Source of the DNA: Lama guanicoe | Lineage: Eukaryota | DNA: 64,000 nucleotides | Assembly (NCBI GenBank): GCA_013239625.1 | Contig: MU053482.1 | Span: 4,663,775-4,727,774, forward strand | Direction: 5' to 3' | Part shown: in pieces, positions 38,801 to 49,019 of the stretch | Position numbering within the stretch: position 1 is the stretch's first letter | Layout: each line of letters opens with the position of its first letter | Position numbers and translations under genes: made by a program | The notes under the pieces: model-generated | The model's input: only the letters and a program-made list of their open reading frames with translations | Told to the model about the DNA's origin: nothing | Database searches by the model: none

Positions 38801-39079
38801 CGGTCAGCCTGCAGGCAGGTGGTACCTCCAGCTGCCCGTGGGTGGGTCCAAGAGGAGTCCCTGGATGGACAGCCTCAGATCTAGATCTTTTGGCAGGAAG
38901 GCAGAATGAGGTGGCAGTTGGGATCACCTTGCTCCAGATCTCTCGGAATCTGCTGCCGGCCCTGCCCAGCCCGTCGCAGACCGGAGGACCCTGGCCAGCC
39001 CCCGCAGCACTGCTTCCCCAGCCCCCGCGGTCGCCAGCCTCCGGCTTCCCAGGAGCGCGGGCCCTTGGGATGCACCCAC

Positions 39080-39292
39080 CTCCTCCACCGCGCTGCGCAG
39101 TTTGTGCTGCGTGTCCTCCATCAGTTCCTCAACCTCGCGGAACATCTCGTTGAGGGTGGCCTCTTCCTGCGGGTAGCTGAGAGCCGGGCCAGACTCAACC
39201 GGAGCCGAAGTCACCGCTGGAGCCGGCGCGGGGGCCGTGGGGACCGCCGCCGCCAGCAGCAGGCACAGCAGGGTACCCCCGAGCCGCCGCAT
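39080..39292 (-). CDS. DKK3: DKK3 coding exon 1 (signal peptide; [25 protein letters not shown]...HKLRSAVEE)
   Basis: ATG at 39292, 213 nt, ends GAG|gtgggt donor; hydrophobic signal peptide and the [23 protein letters not shown] motif. Confidence 0.98.
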
Positions 39293-39710
39293 CTCCGCTC
39301 TGCGCCCGCCGCTGTCGCCGCCGCCGCCTGCGCGTTCCAGAATGCTGTCACAGGGGCGCCGACCACCCTCTCGCCCGCGCCGGCGCCCCGCCCCGCCCCA
39401 CCGCCCCCCGGCACTCTGAGCTCCGACCCGCCCCTGGCGCCCCGCACCCACCCCCAGATGGGACGAAATCGAGTCCCTTCCGGACGCAGTTCCTCTGGAC
39501 AGGGAAGCCCCCTGCCCGCTCCAGCCCCACGCCAGAATCCCCTCCGCACCCCCACCACCATTCTTGGGCACAGGCTGGGCTCTGACCCCCTCACCAAGGG
39601 ATAGACCCCTCCGAGGGCAACAGAACCTGGACAGTCCCCCCCTTAACGGTTGTAGCACCACTATCTTCCCAGCCCGGCTTGGTCCCGGGTTCGAGCCCTG
39701 CCCCCCCCCC

Positions 39711-39794
39711 NNNNNNNNNNNNNNNNNNNNNNNNNNNNNNNNNNNNNNNNNNNNNNNNNNNNNNNNNNNNNNNNNNNNNNNNNNNNNNNNNNNN
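39711..39794. other. Assembly gap (84 N)
   Basis: Run of N directly after a C homopolymer within the CpG island. Confidence 1.
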
Positions 39795-39858
39795 AACGGG
39801 TCAGCACCCCCACCCCCACCCGCAGAGTCGGAACCAAGTCCAGCGCCTGGTCCCTCAC

Positions 39859-40080
39859 CCAGTCAGGAAGGACCGAGCTGAGCCTCCCTGCTTCCCCGCC
39901 GCCGCCCCTCACCCACCCAGACTGGGCCGAGCTGCCCTCCGGGCTGGACCTGCTAGGCTTCGCCGGCGGGTCGCCGCGGGGCTACGCAGCCGGAGCAGGA
40001 ACCGAGCTGGGGGCTGGCCGCCGGTGCGGGGAGCGCGGCGGGGATGCGGCAGCACTGGTACCCGAACGAGCCCGCAGCGC
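39859..40080 (-). other. DKK3: Candidate upstream non-coding first exon of DKK3
   Basis: GG|gtgaggga donor at 39859/39858 (second candidate donor near 39912), downstream of the CCAAT/GC boxes; possible acceptors near 39329 and 39346. The TSS is a guess. Confidence 0.4.
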
Positions 40081-40678
40081 TCGCCCCGCCCTCCCGCCAG
40101 ACCCCGCCCCGCGGGAGGGGCCCGGCCCAGCCCGCCGCCATTGGCCAACCCGGGCGCCGGCGCCCTCCCGCCCCAGGCCGGCCTCCTGAAACCACCGAGC
40201 GTGGCCCTACGCGAAGCTGTCCCCTTCCCCGCATCCCACTGCCCCGCCGCATCCCAGTCCATTATCATCTCTGGCCCAGATTTTTCCACAGTTTACGGGA
40301 GGCGGGGGGAAGCGTTCTTCCTGTGTTCCACCTTGCTCTTTCCAAGGCGTCCTCTACCCAGCAGGCAGGATAAAATCCAAGCCCCTTAACCTGGCATTCA
40401 AGGCCCATCACAGGCTGGCCTTAATCTGTCTGCCATGGTTGACGCCATACTCCAGCCAAGAAAACTCACTTGTAGCTCCCGCAGTAGCTCCGCAGAATGT
40501 TATTAAGCTCCTTACGGGCGTAACAGAGTCAAGACCAGCCAGACACCTACGGCCAGACTGCCCAGTGTCAGTCCCAGCTCTGCTCCTTAGGACTTTACCA
40601 GTCTGACCAAGTTATCAGATTTGTCTGTTCACCAGTTAACCCCAAAGCAAAATAGAGGTTATAGTATGACAACTAAAA

Positions 40679-42871
40679 ATGTCGCTTGTCAAAATCCTCA
40701 CCAAAATTTTAGCAAATAGAATCCAACAACACATAAAAAAGATTATACATCATGACCAAGTGGGGTTCATCCCAGGGACACAAGGCTGGTTCAACATACG
40801 CAAATCAATCAATGTAATACATCACATCAACAAGAGAAAGGACAAAAACCACATGATCATCTCAATTGATGCAGAAAAAGCATTTGATAAAATTCAACAC
40901 CCATTTATGATAAAAACTCTCGCCAAAGTGGGTATAGAGGGAACATATCTCAACATAATAAAAGCTATATATGACAAACCTACAGCCAGCATAGTTCTCA
41001 ACGGTGAAAAACTCAAAAGCTTCCCACTAAAATCTGGGACAAGACAAGGATGCCCACTATCACCACTCCTATTCAACATAGTCCTGGAAGTCCTAGCCAC
41101 AGCAATCAGGCAAGAGAAAGAAATAAAAGGGATCCAAATTGGAAAAGAAGAGGTAAAAGTGTCATTATATGCTGACGACATGTTACTATATATAGAAAAC
41201 CCTAAAAGGTCCACACAAAAGCTACTAGAGCTGATTGAAGAATTCAGCAAGGTAGCAGGTTACAAAATTAATGTTCAAAAATCAGTTGCATTTCTTTACA
41301 CTAACGATAAATCAACAGAAAAAGAAAGTAAAGAAACAATCCCCTTTAAAATAGCACCCAAAGTAATAAAATATCTGGGAATAAATCTAACCAAGGAGGT
41401 GAAAGAATTATACACAGAAAACTATAAACCATTGATGAAGGAAATTAAAGAAGACTTTAAAAAATGGAAAGATATTCCATGCTCTTGGATTGGAAGAATC
41501 AATATTGTTAAAATGGTCACACTGCCCAAGGCAATCTACAGATTTAATGCAATCCCTATCCAATTACCCAGGACATATTTCACAGAACTAGAACAAATCA
41601 TAATAAAATTTATATGGAACCATCAAAGACCTAGAATTGCTAAAGCATTACTGAAGAGAAAGAAAGAGGCTGGAGGAATAACTCTCCCAGACTTCAGACA
41701 ATACTATAGAGCTACAGTCATCAAGACAGCATGGTATTGGTACCAAAACAGACATATAGACCAATGGAACAGAATAGAGAGCCCAGAAATGAACCCACAA
41801 ACTTTTGGTCAACTCATCTTCGACAAAGGAGGCAAGAATATACAATGGAATAAAGACAGTCTCTTCAGCAAATGGTGTTGGGAAAACTGGACAGCAGCAT
41901 GTAAAACAATGAAGCTAGAACACACCCTTACACCATATACAAAAATCAACTCAAAATGGATTAAAGACTTAAACATAAGACAAGATACAATAAACCTCCT
42001 AGAGGAAAACATAGGCAAAACATTATCTGACATACATTTCAAAAATTTTCTCCTAGAAGAAATAAAAGCAAGAATAAACAAATGGGACCTAATGAAACTT
42101 ACAAGCTTCTGCAGAGCAAAGGAAACCAGAAATAAAACAAGAAGAAAACCTACGGAATGGGAGAAAATTTTTGCAAGTGAAACCGACAAAGGCTTGATCT
42201 CCAAAATATATAAGCAGCTCATACGACTCAATAAGAAAAAAATAAACAACCCAATCCAAAAATGGGCAGAAGACCTAAACAAGCAATTCTCCAAGGAAGA
42301 CATACAAATGATCAAAAAGCACATGAAAAAATGTTCAATATCACTAATTATCAGAGAAATGCAAATCAAAACTACAATGAGGTATCACCTCACACCAGTC
42401 AGAATGGCCGTCATTCAAAAATCCAAAAATGACAAATGCTGGAGAGGCTGTGGAGAAAGGGGAACCCTCCTACACTGCTGGTGGGAATGCAGTTTGGTGC
42501 AGCCACTATGGAAAACAGTGTGGAGATTCCTCAAAAGACTAGGAATAGACTTACCATATGACCCAGGAATCCCACTCCTGGGCTTGTATCCAGAAGGAAA
42601 TCTACTTCAGGATGACACCTGCACCCCAATGTTCATAGCAGCACTATTTACAATAGCCAAAACATGGAAACAGCCTAAATGTCCATCAACAGGTGACTGG
42701 ATAAAGAAGAGGTGGTATATTTATACAATGGAATACTACTCAGCCATAAAAACCGACAACATAATGCCATTTGCAGCAACATGGATGCTCCTAGAGAATG
42801 TCATTCTAAGTGAAGTAAGCCAGAAAGAGAAAGAAAAATACCATATGAGATCGCTCATATGTGGAATCTAA
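40679..42871 (+). CDS. 730-aa ORF: TSD-derived MSLV plus L1 ORF2p fragment (partial reverse transcriptase, thumb/wrist, C-terminal Cys-rich domain); expression unproven
   Basis: Uninterrupted frame with the ATG inside the left TSD; lacks the endonuclease and the first RT motifs. Confidence reflects coding status, not homology. Confidence 0.35.
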   Translation: MSLVKILTKILANRIQQHIKKIIHHDQVGFIPGTQGWFNIRKSINVIHHINKRKDKNHMIISIDAEKAFDKIQHPFMIKTLAKVGIEGTYLNIIKAIYDKPTASIVLNGEKLKSFPLKSGTRQGCPLSPLLFNIVLEVLATAIRQEKEIKGIQIGKEEVKVSLYADDMLLYIENPKRSTQKLLELIEEFSKVAGYKINVQKSVAFLYTNDKSTEKESKETIPFKIAPKVIKYLGINLTKEVKELYTENYKPLMKEIKEDFKKWKDIPCSWIGRINIVKMVTLPKAIYRFNAIPIQLPRTYFTELEQIIIKFIWNHQRPRIAKALLKRKKEAGGITLPDFRQYYRATVIKTAWYWYQNRHIDQWNRIESPEMNPQTFGQLIFDKGGKNIQWNKDSLFSKWCWENWTAACKTMKLEHTLTPYTKINSKWIKDLNIRQDTINLLEENIGKTLSDIHFKNFLLEEIKARINKWDLMKLTSFCRAKETRNKTRRKPTEWEKIFASETDKGLISKIYKQLIRLNKKKINNPIQKWAEDLNKQFSKEDIQMIKKHMKKCSISLIIREMQIKTTMRYHLTPVRMAVIQKSKNDKCWRGCGERGTLLHCWWECSLVQPLWKTVWRFLKRLGIDLPYDPGIPLLGLYPEGNLLQDDTCTPMFIAALFTIAKTWKQPKCPSTGDWIKKRWYIYTMEYYSAIKTDNIMPFAATWMLLENVILSEVSQKEKEKYHMRSLICGI

Positions 42872-43208
42872 AAAACAAAAACAAACAAACAAACAAAAAC
42901 AAAGCATAAATACAGGACAGAAATAGACTCATGGACAGAGAATACAGACTTGTGGTTACCAGGGGGGTAGAGGGTGGGAAGGGATAGACTGGGATTTCAA
43001 AATTGTAGAATAGATAAACAAGATTACACTGTATAGCACAGGGAAATATACACAAAATGTTATGATAAATCACAGAGAAAAAAATGTGACAATGAGTGTG
43101 TATATGTCCATGAATGACTGAAAAATTGTGCTGAACACTGGAATTTGACACAACATTGTAAAATGATTATAAATCAATAAAAAATGTTAAAAAAAAAAGA
43201 ATGAAAAA
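40691..43208 (+). mobile_element. Young 5'-truncated LINE-1 (3' part of ORF2, 3'UTR, polyA) with 16-bp TSD
   Basis: ORF2p homology ([40 protein letters not shown]); AATAAA at 43176-43181; A-tail; identical TSD AAAAATGTCGCTTGTC at 40675-40690 and 43209-43224; CT/AAAA endonuclease-type site. Confidence 0.98.
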
Positions 43209-43287
43209 AAAAATGTCGCTTGTCGTGTAGTTCTACAAGAACGAAGTCAGACTCTGCAGTCGCGTACCGTCAACACACCTGGCAGAG

Positions 43288-43655
43288 TGCGGGCAGAGAT
43301 CAGGAGCGAGGTGCTCATGCTCTGGGAAAACTGGCAGGCAGGCCCTTCAGATAGTTAGGTATTTTCAGGAGAAAATTATACAAGCCCAAACTCTTGCATC
43401 TTCCTGTGCTTGGAAAAGCACTAAAACCGTTAAGCAAGGTATCTGTTCCTCATGGCTAGCAGCCATCTCCACTTTCTACGGAAATGTGTGCTTGGTTGCA
43501 TGTAACCCCTTTGCCAAAGTCACAGATATACTGATCTTACCCCCTTCTTTAGAGAGGTTCCTCAGAGCTTTCTGAGATGCTATAGTTCTCAGCAAGTCCC
43601 CAGGTAAAATTGCAACTCACAGCTCTCATGTTGTCTGTTTTTAATTCAGTCGACA
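43288..43655 (+). mobile_element. ERV1-like solo LTR
   Basis: Ends TCAGTCGACA; GTTCCTCAGAGCTTTCTGAGATGCT R/U5-like segment similar to the 45.5-kb LTR; 5' boundary approximate. Confidence 0.55.
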
Positions 43656-44501
43656 AGGAGTGGGGGTACCTCGTAGGTCACGAGCATAGCACACACAGGG
43701 AAGCGTGGGGAATGTGATAAGAGGGCTATAAACGTTAGCTGTCGTAATGAGAGCAGAACTTTGTCTATTCACAGCAGTCTTCCTAGTACCTAGAACAGGG
43801 AGCACTCAAATAATTTCTGAATGAACCTGTGTTTTATTTGTCAAAAACTCCTATTTTTTCCTGTTCCTCTTTCTGTCTGGACAGCCCTCCCTCCTCTCCT
43901 TGGCCTGGCTAACTCCACCTCATCTTTCAAGACTCAGAGTCTCTCGTTACCTGTTCCCACTCCATCCCATCTCTCCCCTAGGTTTCCCTAGCACCACATG
44001 CTTCCCCATGGCAGCCCTGACTTGCCATGGTCTGTCCAGTCACTGGCCTATTTCCCCCCAGCAACCAGGAGCACCTAAGAGGCAGAGGCTGACATGCTCA
44101 CCTTTATGTCATCAGGGCCTCCATTATAATACACACTGGGCCCCTGAGAAGTGGCTGGGCTGTTCTTTATATCCATTGCTATTGATATATCAATATAGCA
44201 GTAACATGACTGAGCACCCACTGTGTGCCAGGAGCAGGTATTAACTCATTTAATTCTCAAACAACCTCTGAGGTTAGTGCTACTACCTTTATTCCCAGCT
44301 CACAATAAGGAAACTTCCCCAAGGAAGTTTCACATACCTCCTGAGTGGTTGAAATGGGATTTGAACCTAGGAATCTGGCTCCAGAGCCTTGACCCTTCAC
44401 TGCCAAACTCCTCTGCTATCAACCTGGCCAGGAATTATGAAATGACTTGGGAGGATGAGAAGCAATTTCTGCAGGTGACCACTTAGAAGACATGTGTTTG
44501 G

Positions 44502-45042
44502 GGAAGGAATTCAGGACAGGCCACCCCCAAAGTATGCCACTTTGGCATATTGATGATTTTGAACTGAAGGCACTTGAGAAACAGCAGATGCAGGAAAGGC
44601 TCTCTGACCTGCCCTTTTCTACCTTAAAATAGGCCCTAAAATTTCCCACAAGAGAGAGGTGCCCTCCCTGTAGCGGGAAGAGAACATCCTTATCACCAGA
44701 GGGGAGTCGGTGCCAAGACGGATCTGTACAAACACACTTACTAAAATAACCCGTATCTTCTACTAGTTTCCCCTACTTAGCACCCAGTCACTTCCCTACA
44801 ATTCACTGTCCCTACCTCCACCCCTTTGCCTTGTCATTTCTTAATAAATTTATCATTCCTTTGTCTAGAAGGTGTATGAGCTTTCGGCTCTGGGCTCTTC
44901 CTCAGGTCTTCATTTTCTTGTGAAGGCTCCCATGTACACATAAAATTTTAACAAAACGTGGATGTTTTTCTCCTGTTACTCTGTCTTGTGTCAGTTTAAT
45001 TATTAGGCCCAGCTGGAGATGCTAACTTTTTCCTCCCCTGCA
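44502..45042 (+). mobile_element. MER34-like ERV1 solo LTR
   Basis: GCCACCCCCAAAGTATGCCACTTTGGCATATTGATGATTTTGAACTGAAGGCACTTGAGAAACAGCAGATGCAGGAA start and TTTTCCTCCCCTGCA end match the MER34 consensus I recall. Confidence 0.8.
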
Positions 45043-45496
45043 GGGGCCTCTTTGTCGTATTTCATACAGCTGAGTCCACAGCAAAGTGTCAATGGAGAAG
45101 AAAGCATATTGGGGGCCTCCTTAGAATCAGGCACTGTGCAAACCCCAAATCTATAGCGAAGGCGTGGAGACTCAGAGAAATTAGGCCATCTGCCCAGAGC
45201 CAGACAGCAGGTGAGTGGGTCTGGGAGGAGACTCCGCGTGAGGCTGACTCTGAAGCCAGTGCTCTCACGCTTTCTTTCTCGTGACTGCCTTTTTTTTTTT
45301 TTGCCCCCAGAACTCTCAAAATCATCGTTTGTCACCAAGATGTGGCTTCTAGCCATGTTCTCTTCAACTTCTGGGTCTCTGGGCCAAGCCATCCTAAAAA
45401 TTCAGGGAAAGCCTCCTCACTCCCAACATCCCCTGCTCTGTCCCCTGGTTGTTTGGCAGACCTGGCTCAGCTATTCATTAGCTTTCCAGGGGTGGC

Positions 45497-45998
45497 TGTC
45501 GACAAAAATGATCAACAAGCAATCAATAATAAGAATAGAAAAGAGTTTCATTTGAGCCAAACTGAGGACCAGCCTGGAAGACCGATTCCCAGGTTCCTCT
45601 GAGAAACTGCTCCAGAGAAGCAGGGTTTTCGGCACACTTTTATATCTTGTCAGAACAAACAAGTCAGGAATACATTTCTTCAAGGTTTCAAAAACACCTG
45701 ACCGCAGGTACACGTCCAGCACATGCCATGTGGCCTTGACACCTGGGAAGGGAGTCTTATCATCAGAGGAGGACCAGCACTGGCGTCCCAATACGAGAGG
45801 CATTTAATCTTTATTTTTAACATGGACATTCTTTACTTCTGGTCAGTGTGCCCTTTTCTTTAGTAATTAAAGCAGATATACAAAGTATGTTTGATAAGCC
45901 ACAAACAGGCTGTTTTAGTTAGCATAAAATTCAAGTTAACTCATGTATAAGCCATAATGACTTCCCCATACCTCAATATGTGAAAATTTATTTTATCA
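45497..45998 (-). mobile_element. ERV1-like solo LTR with 4-bp TSD
   Basis: TG...CA termini flanked by TGGC (45493-45496 and 45999-46002); TATAAAA on the minus strand near 45638-45644. Confidence 0.8.
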
Positions 45999-47239
45999 TG
46001 GCTAATCCCATGCAAAGAGCCCAGAGCTGAATCTCCAGATACCCCACCTTGTCACTCTGGGCACAGACACTAAAAAGAAACCAAAGCAGAATGGAGGCTG
46101 CAGCCAGAGGGCGCATTTTGGGGCTCAGCCAAGGGTTGCAACGATGCAGATTTACAGAGCAAACCATGGTCTTCCATTCCTCCACGTTGCTGGCTTAAAA
46201 ACCAGGGAATTTCCCTGAATAAGACTTCTACCTTGTATCTTGCCCTGAAGTCTGGAGATCTTGACTTTCAGACTGAACTTTAAAAAAAGAAGAATGTTGA
46301 GCTGCCCCAAGTGATGGGTGAAGGGCTACGTGTTTTCTCCCGTGGAGGTGGGGTTGGGGGAGTGGTGTGTCTAAATTCTGTACTCCTAAATGTCAGAATG
46401 TATCAATAGTGCCATTATTAAGTGAAGCTAGCAAAAAAGAAAGAGATAAAAAAAAAGATGAAAGAAAGGAAAGATAAGAAAATCTACAGTCCCCAAATAC
46501 AAGTGCATCCCCCGCCCAGCTTCATACCTGAGGCAGTCACAGACAAGCAGATGGAGCTCAACCAGATTCCCCCGCCCCCAAACACACATGCTCTGGGTGC
46601 CAACAAGTTTAGAGGCAGGAGTCAGGGAAGACAGGGAAACCCTCTGTGTTTGGGGCCCGACTTGAGAAAGGGTCACAGTCTGGGTGGTCATTGTGAGCAG
46701 ACAGGCCCAGGGGCACACAGAGCAGGCACAGTCATCCAGAGCCATCCAGATCAATCATCCAATAGGGTCAGGAACTTTCTAAAATGCCACAATATCCATC
46801 ATACACTAATCTAAGTTCTGTACCCACTAAGGACATTTTCTTTTTCTTTTAGGGTGTTGGAAGAAATTTCTGGAATTATCATTCAAAAATTCTAAGTTCT
46901 CGCATTTTTTCTATCGGAATCTCATTTCATCGTTGAGGAAGCGGCCCCAAATTAGTTGTAACCTGTTGAAAATTACCTACAAAGTTATCACGCACCCAGG
47001 TCTGTCTGTCCTGCAGAAGTTTACGGCCATGGGCCTGAGGAGATATGTATCACGATGTTTACAGAAGAACTACTTACAAGCAAAAATGTGAAAACGACTT
47101 TTTCAGCAGAAGAATGGATAAACTGGTTTCCAGAAACAGTAGAATACAGCCGTTAAAGAAAGAGACACTATTTCTAGGCAACATAAGTATAAATTTCAAA
47201 AAAAGTAATGTGGCAATTGGCAAAATGAGATGCACTTAC

Positions 47240-47750
47240 TGTTGGGAGACACTGCGAGGTGGCCGGTGATGAGGGTTGGCAAAAAGAATTTACCAAAGGC
47301 AAGGGGAAGTTTAAGAACAAAGGGAAGTTTAATAAATTTGCTGCTACAGGCAGGACACAAGTAAGAGGCACCTGCGTGTCCGCTGGGGTGAATGTGTAGG
47401 GTCTTTTATTAGGGGAGGGGCTGTGAACACAAAGGGATGAGGGAGCAGATTTCTGATCGGCTATAAGTGAGGAAAGGGGCTTTGGTACACGGGAGGATAG
47501 TGGATTTACGACTCCAGTAAGATGGAGACATGGGCTGACACAAGCAAGAAATTGATGACTCCGGTAAGGGGGAAAGCGAGCTGAGACAAGTCAGCCTGAG
47601 CTATGGCGAGGCCAGTCACTTCCCAGGGCTGTTCATTCTGCCAAGGCCAACACCCATCAGGACTTTATCTTCCAAAGAGGAGCAGGCAGACGCCTAAGGG
47701 CTGGAAGTCTGGGGGCCGCAGGGCCTTGGCAGGCACTAGCTGGCACCGCA
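47240..47750 (-). mobile_element. Solo LTR (family unassigned) with 5-bp TSD, inserted in an old L1 remnant
   Basis: TG...CA termini flanked by CTTAC (47235-47239 and 47751-47755); minus-strand AATAAAAG near 47403-47410 and ATTAAA near 47328-47333. Confidence 0.7.
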
Positions 47751-48403
47751 CTTACTATTTGTGCTTATTTTAAAAACACAAAACAACAGTATCTACTGTT
47801 CATGGGTGCTACAAATACAGTAAAAACTGCAGGAGCGTGCAAACTGGCCCTGAGGTGGAAGAGGGGTGGGGAGATGGGGACAGTCTCCAGTCGTATTTGT
47901 AACATTTTATTTCTTTAAGAAAGAGAATGTACCAGTGTAGAGGAGTTCTGAGGAACAAGTGCCCAAAGATTCACATCTGTTTAATTGTCACACTTGATTA
48001 ACTACACATGGGTATATGGGTGTGTGCCTGGTATTGTTTCTGTGTATTTCAAATAGTTTGTGAATAAATGAAAACCAAAAAAAAAGAAAAAAGAAAAAGG
48101 CAAGCCCCCCCACCCCATCCCATGCCTCCCCACAATAAAACGTAACAAAACACCTCTTAGAGTCAAACAGACTTTTCTTAGATCTGTTCTTGGCAGAAAT
48201 GCTCTCTATCACTGTGAGGTGAGAGGGAGGAGTGGACAGTTCACACTAGGCCTGGCCCGGGGCATCTCTCTTCATAAAAGGCCCTTCTGTCCTGCACCAA
48301 TGATTGGGTGCTTTCCTCCTGGGGCGGGTGGAAGGGTAGGGCAGCTGGAGCCAGGTAATGACCTTGGGCAGGGATGGGGCTTATCTGTCACCTCTGCCCC
48401 ACC

Positions 48404-48437
48404 TCACCACCACCACCACCACCACTACCACTACTAC
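48404..48437. repeat. (CAC)n/(CTA) trinucleotide repeat
   Basis: Read directly. Confidence 0.85.
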
Positions 48438-48500
48438 AGAGTAGGGATCAGTTTGCAAACAAGGAAACTGTAGGCATCTAGAACTTAGAGGTGCTCAGTC

Positions 48501-49019
48501 TGTAACAGTAAAGAACAAATCTGACTCCATATTAAATCTGTTTCTTTGGCTTTAACTATGCGCCCTGCTTTCCAGGCTAAGCCTTGCTAGCTCTGCACCT
48601 TTTGTAAAAGAATGTTGCCTTTAGCCTGAAATATACAGGAGAGCCTATTCTCAAGGCTCTGACCTTAAAGAATATTAACTCTTTTGTACTTATATAAAGA
48701 TAAGCTGCAGAATAGAAAATCACACTTGTCTTGTTAGAGGTTTCACAGGGGCACCATGACCTGACCCCCCTAGACAGCTGCAATAACAAAGAATTCCTAC
48801 ACCAAGAAGTTTGCAACAACCAACCACACCTTCTCCCCTTTTTAGTATAAAAGGAGCCTGAATTCTGACGTGAGGAAGATGGTTCTCCAAGACATTAGTC
48901 TGCCATCCTCTCGGTCTGCTGGCTTTCCGAATAAAGTTGCTATTCCCTGCCCCAACACCTCGTCTCCCGACTTATTGGCCTGTCGTGTGGTGAGCTGAAT
49001 GAGTTTGAACTCGGTAACA
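48501..49019 (+). mobile_element. ERV1-like solo LTR
   Basis: TGTAACA...GGTAACA termini, TATAAAA at about 48846, AATAAA at about 48930; near-TSD AGTC/GGTC. Confidence 0.85.

Larger units (their letters stand above)
1..39292 (-). other. DKK3: DKK3 gene body (start codon to window edge; 7 coding exons, last one truncated; intron between coding exons 3 and 4 about 26.9 kb)
   Basis: Exons of 213/138/84/93/145/157/>84 nt with GT-AG boundaries splice in frame into a signal peptide, an N-terminal acidic/coiled region and two Dickkopf cysteine-rich domains, matching the DKK3 sequence I recall. Confidence 0.98.
38950..40330. promoter_or_regulatory. CpG island / DKK3 promoter with GC boxes and a CCAAT box
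   Basis: Very high GC and CpG density; CCCCGCCC GC boxes at about 39386-39399, 40084-40091 and 40102-40110; ATTGG at 40140-40144 (CCAAT on the DKK3 strand). Confidence 0.9.

Noticed and set aside
39293..39661. 123-codon in-frame open extension upstream of the DKK3 ATG (ORF 38924..39661)
   Set aside because: GTG start, low-complexity Gly/Arg/Ala sequence expected from a stop-poor CpG island; it would bury the signal peptide.
39683..39700. Isolated Pol III B-box/T-loop-like GGGTTCGAGCCC
   Set aside because: No A-box or cloverleaf; likely chance in CpG-rich DNA, and the downstream side is lost in the gap.
38906..40389. Long + strand ORFs (232 and 236 aa) antisense to DKK3 exon 1 and the promoter
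   Set aside because: GC-rich artefacts, one spanning the N gap; no recognisable domain.
40894..43151. Minus-strand ORFs within the L1
   Set aside because: Typical antisense shadows of L1 ORF2 and its 3'UTR.
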